This document shows positions 13,636 through 26,597 of a stretch of 64,000 nucleotides of DNA, piece by piece. How positions within the stretch are numbered: the stretch's first letter is position 1; each line of letters starts with the position of its first letter. Location: NCBI RefSeq assembly GCF_009914755.1, contig NC_060928.1; one strand, 5' to 3'. This DNA is from the human T2T-CHM13v2.0 reference genome, Homo sapiens. The translations under genes and the position numbers were made by a program. Below the pieces are notes generated by a model. The model made no database searches and had not been told where the DNA came from. It was given only the letters and a program-made list of their open reading frames with translations.

Positions 13636-15944
13636 AAAAATAGTCATCAACCCATGCAAGAATTAACTGAAAAATGGGTGGGGCTGGAATAACATGACCC
13701 TTGGCTATGCCTACCTTGAGGGAAATAAGATAGACACCAGATTTTTACTTATCTACTGTCTAGCTGGGGTTAAAGTGAATGCATAAACTAAAAAACATGC
13801 AGGCACTCACAAAATCTCTTGTGAAATGGGAAATGAACAGAGTAACATATTAATCATATTAATATACTACCTCCTATGTATGGTGTTTTTTTTTTTCCCT
13901 GATAGAGAATTGTGATTAAAAGAGTTTGGGGACCACTGATTTTATTTTGCACTTATTCCTGTTTTAAAGTCTTAGAATTAGACAAAGGTCAATAGTACAA
14001 TATAGTCACTGTAGAATGATCCTGAGGTAATTATTGGATACAGGATTAAAGATAGTAGTGCAACAATTTACTTCTGGCTTTAGATTTGAGAAAAAACTTT
14101 TCCAGTTATTACATGGAGTTGAGAATTAGGAGTGGGCAATTAGAAAAAAATTAACATTATTTTGCTGGCAAAAGTCAGATCTAAAAAAAAAATCCTAATT
14201 CAAAAATCAGTAAAGAGATACCAAACAAATGTTAAATATGAATAAAGATAACTGTAATAAAGTAAAAATAAAATCTCAAGGGAAAAAGGGATTGCTGTTT
14301 TCTAGGCAAAATTTAAGAAGAGACCCTTACCTAGAGATAGATTAGTGGTGTCTTCAATCTCAAGAAAAAGAAAAAAATCCTATTGGCTCTCAAGCAGAAA
14401 AGTAACAATAAGAAAACTCTGGTTACTTTAAAAAATTTATAATAATAGTCTTCTATAACATAAAATTCCAGAAGACAATGGAACAATAACCAATGATAAC
14501 ATATTGAGAGAAAACAGTTTTTAATCAAAATGTTGACAGTGAAGCAAGTTGATGTTTATTGTAAATGCAACAACAGAAAAAATAACTTTCTCAGAAATCT
14601 AATGGCTTCCAGGATGCTGGGGTAGCGGCAGTAGAGTGACTGATTCCAAGACTTACTCCTACTGAGAAACTGGCTTAGAGATAAATACAACTGAATAATT
14701 CAAAAACACGTACTTCAGTTTGAAAGAACTACTCATGAGCACTGAAATAGTAACATGAAATGACAAATCCAATCCTCTTCTGTTCTCATTTGACTGCATA
14801 AAACAAAAGGGGAATATTTATGATTCCTTAAAATACAATAATGATTGTTTAGTTTGATATTTCAAGATTGAATTCATGAAAAATAGAAGTGGGTGAGATG
14901 AAGAAAAATAAAAGATATTTTTCCCTCCAGCAAGAAGGAAAAGAAGGTCAATATTTTGGTGTGTTTGTTTAACTTTCGTATTAGGAGAAGTAAATTCATG
15001 TAGGTTTTGAAAAAACTTACAGACAAATAACACTGGAATTTTTTAAAGTTTGACTTTCAAGTCATTGCAGATAATGGATGTAATAATAGCTTAGTACACA
15101 TAATTATAGACTGAAAATAAATGAAACAATTAGGAAGCCTGATAAAAAACATAAAACAAGAAAACAGAAATATAACCAAGGTCATCAGTTATTGCTCTAA
15201 ATGTTAATTGATAAAGTCCCCTATTGTAACAAAATGCTCTGAGATTGTATTATAAACAAAAACTAAAGGAAATTCAATTATATATTGCCCATAATGGAAA
15301 AACTTAAAGCATAGTTACACTTAAAGTGTTGAAAGAATGGGCAAAAGCTTATTAGACAAAGAAAAGGAAAGATACACCTCAATTTTATTAGTGATGGACA
15401 AAATAGAATTTGAAAGAATAAAAAGTAATATATTGATATTATATTTATATTGAGAAAAGGTACATTCCACAGTAAGGCTGTAATATTAATGAGTCTCATT
15501 AAAATGTGAACCTTGGGAATAGAGATTATCATCAGGGCCAAACACAGTGACAAGCGCATGGAACAGATGCTTATTAAATAAAATGGACCAAGGATAGTAA
15601 TTTTTTGTTGCTAAAAGTTAATAATAATCACTCACTCTTTGGCTCTGTATGGAAGGGATCATGAAGCTCTTTTATGGGCCTTAGTTCCTTCAGATACAAT
15701 TCATAATGAAGACAATCCCATCATAAAACTGTGACAAATAATAGAGCAGCAAAATGTTTATGACAAAAACCATCAAAAATCTAAAATAAATAGATAACAC
15801 ACAATTACTGGAAGAGCTATTAGTACATCACTAATTAAAATACTATGAAATATATAAAATATGACAAATAAAGGATTTGAGCAATGAAATTAATAAAGCA
15901 TAATTAATATATACCATATTTTGTGCACTACAAATAGAATACAC

Positions 15945-16897
15945 TTTTAAAAATGTGTATAAATTTAAAGGGTACAAGTAGAGTTTTGTTGCATGGATAT
16001 ATTGCACCATGGGGAAATCTGAGCTTTCAGTGTAACCATTACCTGAATAATGTGTGTTGTGCCTATTAAGTAATTTCTCATCCTTTACCCACCCCCCTTT
16101 CCCCCTCCTACCTTTCTCAGTCTCCAATGTCTATTATTCCACACTCTATGTCCATGTGTGTACATTAGTTATCTCCCATTTATAAGTAAGAATATGTGGT
16201 ATTTGAATTTCTATTTCTGAGTTGTTTCACTTAAGATAACAGCCTCCAGCTCCATTCATGTGGCTGCAATATACATTATTTCATTCTTTTTTATAGCTGC
16301 ATAGTAATTCATGATGTATATATTCCACATTGTCTTCATCCAATCATCCTTTCATGAACACTTAGATTGATTCCACATCTTTGTTACTGTGACTAGTTCT
16401 GCAATAAACATCTGAGTACAGGTAATCTTTTTGATATAATAAACTATTTTCCTTTGGGTAGATATCCAGTAGTAAGATAGTTGTACTGAATGGTAGTTCT
16501 ATTTTTAGTTCTTTGACAAATCTCCATATTGTTTTCCATAGAGGTTGTACTAATTTACATTTCCACCAATAGTATATAAGTGCACCCTTTTCTATACATC
16601 CTTGCCAACATCTGTTATGTTGAGACTTTTTAATAATGGCCATGTGGAGATTGACGTAAGATTATATTTCACTGTGGGTTTGCGTGTCTCTGATGATTAG
16701 TGATAAGTATTTTTTCATAAGCTTGTTGGCAATTTGTATGTATTCTTTTGAAAAATGTCTTCATATCTTTTGCTCACTTTTTAATAGTGTTACGTTTTTG
16801 TTGTTGTTGAATTGCTTGAGTTCCTTGTAAATTCTGAATATAAGTCCCCTGACAGATGCATAGTTTGCAAATATTTTCTTCCATTCTGCAAGTTGTT
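15945..16897 (-). mobile_element. L1MA-type LINE-1 3' portion
   Basis: ORF 16362-16643 resembles the ORF2p C-terminus ([26 protein letters not shown]); L1MA-type 3' UTR. Confidence 0.9.
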
Positions 16898-17030
16898 AGA
16901 GTATGTATTTTAAATAAATTTGAATAAAAGAATGAGTAGATGAATATATTGTGTGTAGAGTGGGTTCCATTATTGAGATAGTAAGTGTGAGGTTATGATC
17001 AGTTTTAGAACACCTGTTGAGACCTACTGC

Positions 17031-18053
17031 TCAAAAAAATTCCTTTCAAAATATTACTGTTCATTGAGAATGCACTTGGTCGCTCAAAAGCTCTGATAGA
17101 GATGTATGAGGGGATTAATGTTGTTTTCATGCCTGCTAACACAGCATCCATTCTGTAGCCCATGAATCAAGGAGTAACTTTGACTTTCAAGTCTTTTTAC
17201 TTAAGAAGTGCATTCTATAAGTCTGTAGCTTTCACAGTGATTCCTCTGATAAATCTGCAAAAAGTTAGTTGAAAAACCTTCTGGAAAGGATTGACTGTTC
17301 TAGATGTCATTAAAAACACTCATGATTCATGAGAGGAGGCCAAAATATGAACATTAATAAGAGTTTGTAAGAAGTTGATTCCAATCCTCAGGGATGACTT
17401 TGAGTGTTTCAAGACTTCAGTGGAATTAGTCACAGCAGATGTGGTGGAAAAATAGCAAGAGAATTAGAGGTAGAAATGGAGCCTGAAGATGTGACTGAAT
17501 TGCTGAAATCTCAAAATAATACTTACATAAATGAGGAGCTGCTTTTTATGGATGAGCAAAGAAAGTGGTTTCTTGAGATGAAATTCACCCCTGGTGAAGA
17601 TGCAGTGGGCTTTTTTTTTTTTAATGACAACAAAGAATTTAGAATATTTCATAAAGTTGATAAAGCCATGACTGGGATTGAAAAGACTGACTCCAATTTG
17701 GAAAGAACTTCTACTGTGGGTAAAATGCTATCAAACGGCATCACATGCTACTGAAAAATCTTTCATTAAATAAAGGGTCAACTGATGCAGCAAAGTTTAT
17801 TTTTGTCTTATTTTAAGAAATTGCCACAGTCACCCCAATCTTCAGTAATCACCACTCTGATCAGTCAGTAGCTACCAACATTGAGGCAAGACCTCCCACC
17901 AGCAAAAACATTACGACTTGCTGAAGGCTCAGATGATCATTAGCATTTTTTACCAATAAACCATCTTAAAATTAAGGCACGTACATTGTTTTTTAGACAT
18001 AATGCTATGGCATAATTAACAGACCACAGTATTCTATAAATTTAACTCCTATA
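17031..18053 (+). mobile_element. Tigger1 DNA transposon, left piece (transposase C-terminal half)
   Basis: GTTGAGACCTACTGCTC...GTTGTTTTCATGCCTGCTAACAC; ORF 17404-17754 contains [18 protein letters not shown]...LLFMDEQRKWFLEM. Confidence 0.9.
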
Positions 18054-18310
18054 TATTAACTGAGTACCCCATTTTTTTCTAAGAGAAATGTGTTTTTCAT
18101 TATATTCTTCTTCTTTTCTCTTTTCTCCTTTTCCCCTGTTCCCTACTTCCTATTTCGCTCTTTAGAAATACAGTTATAACCTTTACCTTCTCTTCACAAG
18201 ACACTTACTACAGGACAAGCTTATCTAACTATGTACTTACTTAGAAGCTCCAGAGCAAGAGCTCTTTCCCACCAGGAGATTGCCTCAAGAGACAACAGTC
18301 AATTTACAAC

Positions 18311-18663
18311 TGATGTGGTTTGGCTGTGTCCCCACACAAAGCTCACCTTGAATTGTAATAATCCCCATGTGTCAAGGGCAGGACCAGGTGGAGGTAACTG
18401 AATCTTGGGGGCAGTTTCCCCCATACTGTTCTTGTAGTGAATAAGTCTCATGAGATCCGATGGTTTTATAAATGGGAGTTCCCCTGCACACACTCTCTTG
18501 CCTGCCACCATGTAAGATGTGCCTTTGTTCTTCCTTCACCTTCCATTATGATGGTGAGGCCTCCCCAGCCATGTGGAACTGTGAGTCCATTAAACCTCTT
18601 TCCTTCATAAATTACCCAGTCTTGGGTACGTCTTTATTAGCAGCATGAGGATGGACTAATACA
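18311..18663 (+). mobile_element. THE1 (ERVL-MaLR) solo LTR, THE1B/C-like
   Basis: TGATGTGGTTTGGCTGTGTCCCC...GGACTAATACA; 5-bp TSD ACAAC/AAAAC. Confidence 0.92.
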
Positions 18664-18958
18664 AAAACCTAACATATGCCCACCAGAGAAAACTCTGTCC
18701 CACCTGGAAAATATCTCATACAATGTCCACTTTATAGCCTAGTTCTTCCCCTAATGGTGCCAACTCGACCACCCAGGAGAGAAGGCACTGAAGTGAGTCA
18801 CATAGATCCCCACCTGCTCACTGCCTCCCCTGCATGCTGTTCACCAACTCCTGCTTTTAAAGCCCCTGCGTTCTGTCCCAAAGGAGAAGTAGCACCCTCA
18901 AAGGCAGGAGCCTGTCCCTCTTCCTTTAAGCTAAACTTTGAGATAAAAAGTCGCTTTT

Positions 18959-19258
<300 letters not shown>

Positions 19259-19340
19259 CCAGTCACTTTCTTTATATCAGACCTCACTCTTGCTAATTGG
19301 ACTGTAAGCAGCCAGTCACTGAACCTGAGATTTAGTTACA

Positions 19341-19445
19341 TATATACACTGGGAAACCAAAATTTTGTGTGACTCACTTTATTATGATATTTGCTTTATT
19401 GTGGCAATCCAGAACAGAAACTGCAATATTGCTAATATATGCTTA
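19341..19445 (+). mobile_element. Tigger1 3' terminal piece
   Basis: CACTGGGAAACCAAAATTTTGTGTGACTCACTTTATT matches the Tigger1 3' end. Confidence 0.85.
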
Positions 19446-20033
19446 TATCTTATTCTGTTCATAATTCCGTTATAGTGTATCTAAAGTATATCTTTTCCCA
19501 CTTTACCTCAAGAATTAAGTGAATTCATTTTTGTTTCTATTTCTAAGTGTCCATCTGAAATTAGCACAACTTGGAGTTCATTTCATTCAGGGACAAAAAC
19601 AAAACAGTTTGTAGGGAGAAAGGCAAAGGGCTTGTCTCCTGACTACCATCCTTGTTACTGGAGATTGCAGAGAATTATCACCATAACTGGAGCTGGAAAA
19701 ATGGTCTCATCCATTGGGAAATGTCTAGAAGAATCTGTTTGACATCAAATTTTTTCAATATTTTATCCCAGAATTTGTGCCTTCTCCTTTTAGTTCCAAC
19801 TCTTTCCCCCTTCCTCCAGAGTATTCATTTGTCAAATCCCAATGCTTTTTATAACTGAAGTTATAAAGGACTCTGGTTAGACAATATTATTATAAGATAC
19901 TGGAAAAATAGTGTAATACCTGAGGTATTTTCTGTCCTTAGTGTGTTTTTTGTGTGTTGGTTGGGGAAGGATAGGTATATAACACTAAAGGCTGAGTATT
20001 CTGGCCTTACAATGTAATCATAATCGAGTCATT

Positions 20034-20328
20034 CTCAATAGGTATCTTCTTTTTTTATTCCAGATAACTACTTCCACTCACAATGAGATGAATTGTCTTT
20101 TTACAGAATTTAGGGATTCCAAGTTGCCTGGTTTTAATATAATACATATTCACAAAATTTACACAGCTCATGCATACCATAACTTATACAGAGAACAGTT
20201 TAGCAGTCTGCTTAAAATGTTAAAAAAAAATCATAAAAAGCCATTGTTCTGTTACACATAATCTGTACTGAAGTCATAAGCATCATCCTCTTCAATGATT
20301 TTATCCAAGATAAAAGACCTTGTAGACT
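20034..20328 (-). pseudogene. GNL3: Orphan copy of the GNL3 (nucleostemin) 3' end: last 24 codons, stop, 3' UTR and poly(A) signal
   Basis: Minus strand 20326->20252 reads STRSFILDKIIEEDDAYDFSTDYV-stop, which I recall as the human GNL3 C-terminus; followed by ~190 nt of UTR and AATAAA at 20054-20059; no upstream GNL3 coding sequence seen in the window. Confidence 0.82.
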
Positions 20329-21862
20329 CAGTGGCCCTGTCTCAGAACAATTAAATAAGAGTTTCTGGGAGCCAGTCACAGTCATTGCTATATTTTAGCC
20401 CCTTCTTAGATGATTTTCCGTATAATTAGTTTTAAGAACTACACCTTACATTACAGACTTTAGAAATTTCATATTCTTATTCTTTGTTTCCAGGTCAACT
20501 GTAAATTGAGTAGTTTTGTGAGTACTTCTTTCAGATGCCTATAATTTGAAAATAATTCTATAAACTATGACGCTGGGGTTTTGCTAAAAATAAGCATTTG
20601 CATATCACTTTTATGATCTAACATGGTATATCCAAGCCTGTTCAGAGTTTAACATTAATTTCTAATGGTTCTCTTTTATAGAATTTAACTTGTGAATTTA
20701 TTAAAATATACTAAACTTGCTCACCCTCAGGGTATGTGAGAATGAGCTTCTGCATTCCTGGGAGCAAATTGCAGATCAGCATTTTTAGTGCTGCCTAAGA
20801 CCCTTTGTGTGTGTGTTTTTTAAAATTACCAACATAGATCAAGTTTATGTTAATTGTATGAAAAAGCAACAGAAATAATCAGTAACATTTACACAACTTT
20901 AAGTAGTTAACCTAGTTCTGAGGCAGCAGAATTATTAAATAGTCAGCACCTTAAAGTAGGCAAAACATGTAATGAAGCATTTCTTTCTACTAGCGTGTTT
21001 TTCTTTCTGCAGGCATGGTTGAGTATTGAGGTGTACATGTTGGGGTTGTAGTGATGTGGTTTAAATCAAATTTATCTCAACTTAAACTAAATATGTTTCT
21101 TTACATATGTTAAGCAGTCTTCTGTGAGTGACTTCTTTCTTCAGAGGTTCTGTGCAGCTCTTAAAAGGAGTAGAAAGATCACTAAAGTGACAGCATAGAA
21201 CAGGCACAAAAATTGCCTTGTATACAATTGCACACACACACAAAAAGAACAAAATAGCCGTATTTTAAAAACTTTATAAGAAATCAACATTTATTAAGAG
21301 TATACTTCTATACTTTATTGACTGAACAATAGCTCATCTTTTTCTTGAGAAGAAAGCTCCTGAATATTGTGGAAAATAAAACAAATCTTAGAAACAAGTT
21401 ACTATATACTTCCTCAGGGGCTGAGTAGCATTTTCTGTCTAAATGACACATTACTGTGCATTATCACATTGTTCTTCCAAATAAATCTGTGGTTTCGTCA
21501 ATGAAAGGTGAGTAATAGGTTCATTTTTTTTCTTAAGATTTTAGAAGGAACATAGATCTAACTAAATACTACCAGCATTATTAATGAAGATCTATGATTA
21601 ATTAAAAGCCTATGGAGCTTTAAAATTACCACTGGCTACTCGAGAATTAGAGCGGCCCCTTCTGTTCTTACTCTACTCTTTCTCCCTCTCACCCACCTCC
21701 TGATGACCTTGTCACTACACTGGACCTTTCATCATTGATCTGCTATTACCAGACTCTTACTCTAGCACGTTTTTTTTTTTTCTGTCCCATCACCATTCCA
21801 GAGGTTTTTCTCTTAAACACAGATATACATGTCCTTAGAACATTATAGACCCCAGTGAAAGC

Positions 21863-22125
21863 TTATTTTACAATTGTGGTAAAAAGCAGATAACATATAA
21901 TTTACAGTCTTAAGCATTTTTAGGTGCATAGTTCAGCTGTGTTAAATACATTCACGTTGCTGTGAAATAGATCTCTGGAACTTTTTCACTTTGTGAAACA
22001 ACTCCCCCTTTTCCCCTGGTCACAACCAATTTCCTTTCTGTTTTTAAGCATTTAACTACATTAGATAGCTCACGTGAATCACACGGTATTTGTCTTTTTG
22101 TGACTGGTTTATTTCACTTAGTAAG
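21863..22125 (-). mobile_element. L1MB-type 3' end fragment
   Basis: ATTGTGGTAAAA...AATTTACAGTCTTAAGCATTTTTAGGTGCATAGTTCAG...TGTGACTGGTTTATTTCACTTAG. Confidence 0.8.
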
Positions 22126-22168
22126 AACTTTGTTTTTTGTCCTGCGTGATGGGAAGCTATTAGATGAT

Positions 22169-22536
22169 TGATATGGTTTGGCTGTGTCCCCATCCAAATC
22201 TCATTTTGAATTGTAGTTCCCACAATCCTCACATGTCGTGGGAGGGACCTAGTGGTGGGAGGTAATTGAATCATGGGAGTTGGTTTTTCCTGTTCTGTTC
22301 TTGTGATAGTGAATAAGTCTCATAAGATCCTGATGGTTTTATAAAGGGCAGTTCCCCTGAACACACTCTTGCCTGCTGCCATGTAAGACGTGACTTTGCT
22401 CCTCATTCACCTTCTGCCATGATTGTGAGGACTTCCCAGACATGTGGAATTGTGAGTCCATGGAATCTTTTTTTCTTTATAAATTATCCAGTCGCTCGGT
22501 ATGTCTTTATTAGCAGCGTGAGAACAGACTAATCCA
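22169..22536 (+). mobile_element. THE1 (THE1B-like) solo LTR inserted in an L2 fragment
   Basis: TGATATGGTTTGGCTGTGTCCCC...GAACAGACTAATCCA; perfect 5-bp TSD ATGAT. Confidence 0.93.
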
Positions 22537-22712
22537 ATGATCTTGAGCAGGGGAGTGACAGAATCTGATTTACGTTTTTAAAAGGTCACCCTGATATTGT
22601 GAAGTGTGGGTGATTTTGTGAAGAGATGATGGCAGCTTGGATCTGAGTGGTAGTGGCGAGTCAATGAGAAGTGACTGTATTTCAGTTATATTTTCAATGT
22701 AGATTAAAGCTA

Positions 22713-22771
22713 TTAAGGTTTTGCCATTACTTTCAATAGCAAAAACTGTAATTACTTTTGCACCAACCTAA
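22713..22771. mobile_element. MADE1 (Hsmar1-derived MITE) with a collapsed left TIR
   Basis: TTGCCATTACTTTCAATAGCAAAAACTGTAATTACTTTTGCACCAACCTAA followed by TA. Confidence 0.85.
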
Positions 22772-22930
22772 TAAAAGTCACTGATGAGTTGGATAGGGAG
22801 GTTGGATTCATAAGCCTGTGTTCTGTGTAGCTGGGAGAGTGGTGGTGCTGCTTCCTAGGATGCATATGCTCCTTAGAAAGGGAGTGGAAGAGACTGAGGT
22901 GTTTTCCTTTGCACATTAAAGAGTAAAAAT

Positions 22931-23411
22931 TGCTGAGACCAGCTCGGTCATGGAAACCGAGGAATTAAAGACATACACACAGAAATATAGAGTGTGGAGT
23001 GGGAAATCAGGGGTCTCACAGCCTTCAGAGCTGAGAGCCCTGAACAGAGATTTACCCACATATTTATTGACAGCAAGCCAGTGATAAGCATTGTTTCTAT
23101 AGATTATAGAGTAACTGAAAGTATTCCTTACGGGAAACAAAGGGATGGGCCGAAATAAAGGGTTGGGTCTGGCTAGTTATCTGCAGCAGGAACATGTCCT
23201 TAAGGCACAGATCGCTCATGCTATTGTTTGTGGTTCAGGAACTCCTTTAAGCGGTTTTCCACCCTGGGTGGGCCAGGTATTCCTTGCCATCATTCCAGTA
23301 AACCCACAACCTTCCAGCGTGGGTGTCATGGCCATCACAAACATGTCACAGTGCTACAGAGATTTTGTTTATGGCTAGTTTATGGCCAGACATGGGGGCC
23401 AATTCCCAACA
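22931..23411 (-). mobile_element. MER9a solo LTR (HERV-K9/HML-3)
   Basis: Minus strand begins TGTTGGGAA...TCTGGCCATAAAC...CCATAAACAAAATCTCTG and ends CCGAGCTGGTCTCAGCA; AATAAA on the minus strand at 23063-23068. Confidence 0.9.
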
Positions 23412-23960
23412 AGAAAAATTGTTCAGGTAGTTGGATTTAGGAGACTTCACAGGGTAGAAATTGGGGTCAGAGATGTAAATTTGGGAATCATCAAAATATA
23501 GAAAACATTTAAAACCTGGATCCTGGAGAGAGTCTAGTTAGAGAATAAAAGTAGTCTGAGGGCCGACCCCCGGCCCCCGGCATTTGGAGGTCTAATCTGC
23601 ACTGAACGCTCCGTTTGCCAGCATGCTGCTCCAAAGTCGTGCTTTATCCCTTCCCAGGGACCCTGAGAGGAAATTTTAAGCATAACTCCACTTACAAAAT
23701 ATCAAGAAATTATTCAAAATTAATTATATTATCTGGTACATGATTTCCTACTCACATTCTTAAGTGATATTCAGAACACCCTTCTGAATGGTGATATACT
23801 CTCTGTAAGATAACTTTTTTTTTGAAATAAACATCTGTGTATTTACTGATTCAAGGAGCAATTCCTCTCCTTGCTTAGACTGATGTGTGCTTATTTGCAA
23901 TGTTGAGATTTTATAGTGTAAGGATAAATTCAAATTAAAAATAAGAGACTTAATTCTTTC

Positions 23961-25170
23961 TGTTGAAAATAAGGAAAAAGACTTCTTCCCACTCTCTTTT
24001 CTCAGATAATTTAATTTAGACCACTTGTTTATTCTTTCTCTGTCTTTAAAAATATATTTCAATCTTAAAAAGCTAAAGAATCTCTGGAAGCTTCAGGACC
24101 CAGGAATGTTTTGCTTGAGGATCTGAGAACCATCTCTTGAAAATGTAATCATCCTCAAGGAAAAAAGTGTAACTGGACCTAAGTCCAGCAGTCCACTACC
24201 CAAAAGCCAGTCTTGAGAGACAAGATTTGGTGGAAGGAAAAATCGGATTGAATCAAGTGCCAGAGGGCTTGTGAAGATGCTGAACTCAAGTCATAAAGAC
24301 CATCTCAAATTTTAAAGTTTATCATAAGGTTTTAAAAGGGAAACTTGATATGGGAGACATGCAGGACTGGTGCAGAGTGTAAGGTCCGAGTGTCTTTTTC
24401 TGCTGGCTATCTTGGGTACTCGCCCATCTGAAGATCTGGTTGGCATTATCTTGACTTTAGCCCAATGATGGTGGATTGATAGTTCACAATTCCTCCTAAA
24501 GAGAATTCTACCATTAGGGCTCCATGCCTTGTTTCAAAAGATTAGTCTTTTGAGTTTCTTAAGGAAGAAAATAATTAAGTGAGTGTGCATTGCTGGGGCG
24601 GGGGGGTAGGGGAGTGTCTAGAGAGGTAAGGAATGAAGGGGTGAGGGAAGGAAAGGAAGAAAAAGAGAGTAAGTGATTTAAAAATGCATTTTTAAAACTG
24701 AGGTCCCCAATTACAAAAGTACACCGACCTCCCAATTTCTGTGGGAGGGTAGGAACCTGACATTGGTAGGCATCTCACTCCAAGTTGCAAAACTACTGCT
24801 TTTCATAAAGATATGAGAAGTTTGTTTTTCCTTTGGATAAAGCCAAAGGAAACACAGATGGCCAGCCCAATGACCAAGAATCCAGGATGAACTATGTGTT
24901 GTCACATATGTCACAGTGGTGCTGTGAAGTCCTTTGATTTGAGGACTAGTTATTGTTTATCTTGGGAACATATATGTAATGGGTTGTATCTGCTTGGCTA
25001 TATAAAATGAGATTTCTTTCTGTTTTTGCAATCTCTTAGCAATTATTGTGATGCACATCATGTCCTGGTTTAATGCTATTCAATAATGAAATTATTTTTT
25101 CTTTTCTATCTTATTGGAGCAATTTTCTGGGTTGGCAGAAGAGTTCGTTTTTAAGTATATTTCTTTAACA
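23961..25170 (+). mobile_element. ERV1 solo LTR of the MER34/LTR48-like group, split by a second LTR
   Basis: TGTTG start and TTTAACA end; TGTGGGAGGGTAGGAACCT...CATAAAGATATGAGAAGTTTGTTTTTCCTTTGGATAAAGCC; GGCTATATAAAA. Confidence 0.7.
24168..24715 (-). mobile_element. ERV1-type solo LTR (family unassigned) nested in another LTR
   Basis: TGTAA...TTACA termini; perfect 4-bp TSD AAAG; 548 bp; strand inferred. Confidence 0.75.
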
Positions 25171-25204
25171 ATAGTTTTAAAAGTGTGAAGTTGGAACCAA
25201 ATAT

Positions 25205-25330
25205 TGTTTTAACAGATGAAACGGAGGTCCAGGGAATGTTACTGACCTATCAAGGCTGACAAAGCTGATCAGAGCCATGTTTAGAAGCAGTAGCTTCTAC
25301 TTTCAACATAGTGCGCTTTCTGTACTCCAT
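25205..25330 (-). mobile_element. MIR fragment
   Basis: TTTTAACAGATGAAACGGAGGTCCAGGGA, antisense MIR core. Confidence 0.55.
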
Positions 25331-26597
25331 GACTCTTGTCCACATTCAAAAGCTTAATTGTTTTTGAGTGTTCCCAATATGCATAGCTAATAAATCCGGG
25401 GTAATAGTTTTTTCCATGCTTCACTGGAAGCGAATCAGCATGATTTGACTTCTAAGGTTATTGACATTTTCTAAGTGATGGCTGCTCACTGTAATGTGTA
25501 CGAACCTATTTAACAGAATTAATGAAAATCTAATCATTTCTGCATTTTGAAGATGCTGAGTTAAGAGAAAGAGAGAAAAACAAAGAGGGGAGCAAAAGCA
25601 CTGCAAAGATGAATTGATTTATGAATATCACCCTAGCTATTCCAATAGGATATGACATGAAACATAATTATAAGATGAAAACATACATGTGTATTAATCT
25701 TAATGAGAGAAATTCAGAGAACTGATGCATAACTACAGGATTGAGAGCTAACAAAAATAGAGAGTAATAAATGTTTTACTCCAGTAGTTTTGACTACTCA
25801 GGGGAAATAGATTTGGAATAAAAATGAGATGTGCAAACCAATCTAACTTGTACCAATATATACTGTAAATTAAAAAAAATTAAACAGCCAATTTCTAAAC
25901 TAGCATAGATGAGAATAAAGAAATGTGAAGGTCTGTTGAATCAATCTTTCAAAAGACTGTGATGCATAAAAAATTGTGCTTAAAAATTTACTTCCATGAA
26001 ACAGATTCTTAAAAAATATCAAAGGAAAGCTTCTAACCTGCAATCAGGGTACTTAAATTTAGATTAGAAGAGGCAGTTGATGCTCTTTCAATCCATTTTG
26101 CTATTATTATGCACGCTAAAGCATTAGAAGGAAAAGAGTTAATAGCTGAGGAGAAGGGGGGCAGGTTTGAACTGAATGATTACCCTCATTTTAATGTGTG
26201 AACTTGACCAAAGAGTAAAATATTTGGATTTTTGAGGAAAAAGGGCATGCAGGAACAGGAGAGATAATAACCTCACAAATGATTTCACCAAAGTGTTCTA
26301 TATAATTTACTATTGCAATATTTGTTTTTCAAAAGTAGTATCATGTATCAAAAGAATGATGCTTATTTCTTATCAGTCTGATCTTTGTTAGATAAAGCAA
26401 AAACAGTGATGTGCAGAAACTCTTCAGTTTTAATTTGCATTTGAATGTAAGCGAATTGATTAGTATTACATTCACCTATTTTGCTACTTATAAAGTGGTT
26501 TTGTCTTGTGTAGATCTGTATGTCTGTAATTTAAATGTTATTTTAAACTCCTAAGTTTCATTTGTAATTCAAATTTGCATTAATTTACTGAACGTAT

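Larger units (their letters stand above)
22542..23600 (-). mobile_element. Fragmented L2 hosting MADE1 and MER9 insertions
   Basis: GAGCAGGGGAGTGACAGAATCTGATTTACGTTTT and GAGATGTAAATTTGGGAATCATCA, antisense L2 motifs. Confidence 0.6.

Noticed and set aside
14200-15600. Possible ancient sense L1M ORF1/ORF2 remnants
   Set aside because: A-rich with only scattered motif similarity, so it could not be delimited reliably.
17404-17754. Domesticated Tigger transposase gene (TIGD-like)
   Set aside because: Only the 3' part is present, with frameshifts and stops and no DNA-binding N-terminus.
20252-20326. Genuine last exon of the GNL3 gene
   Set aside because: There is no splice acceptor or upstream GNL3 exon, no intronic snoRNA and no adjacent GLT8D1 sequence recognisable in the window, so it is treated as a displaced copy.
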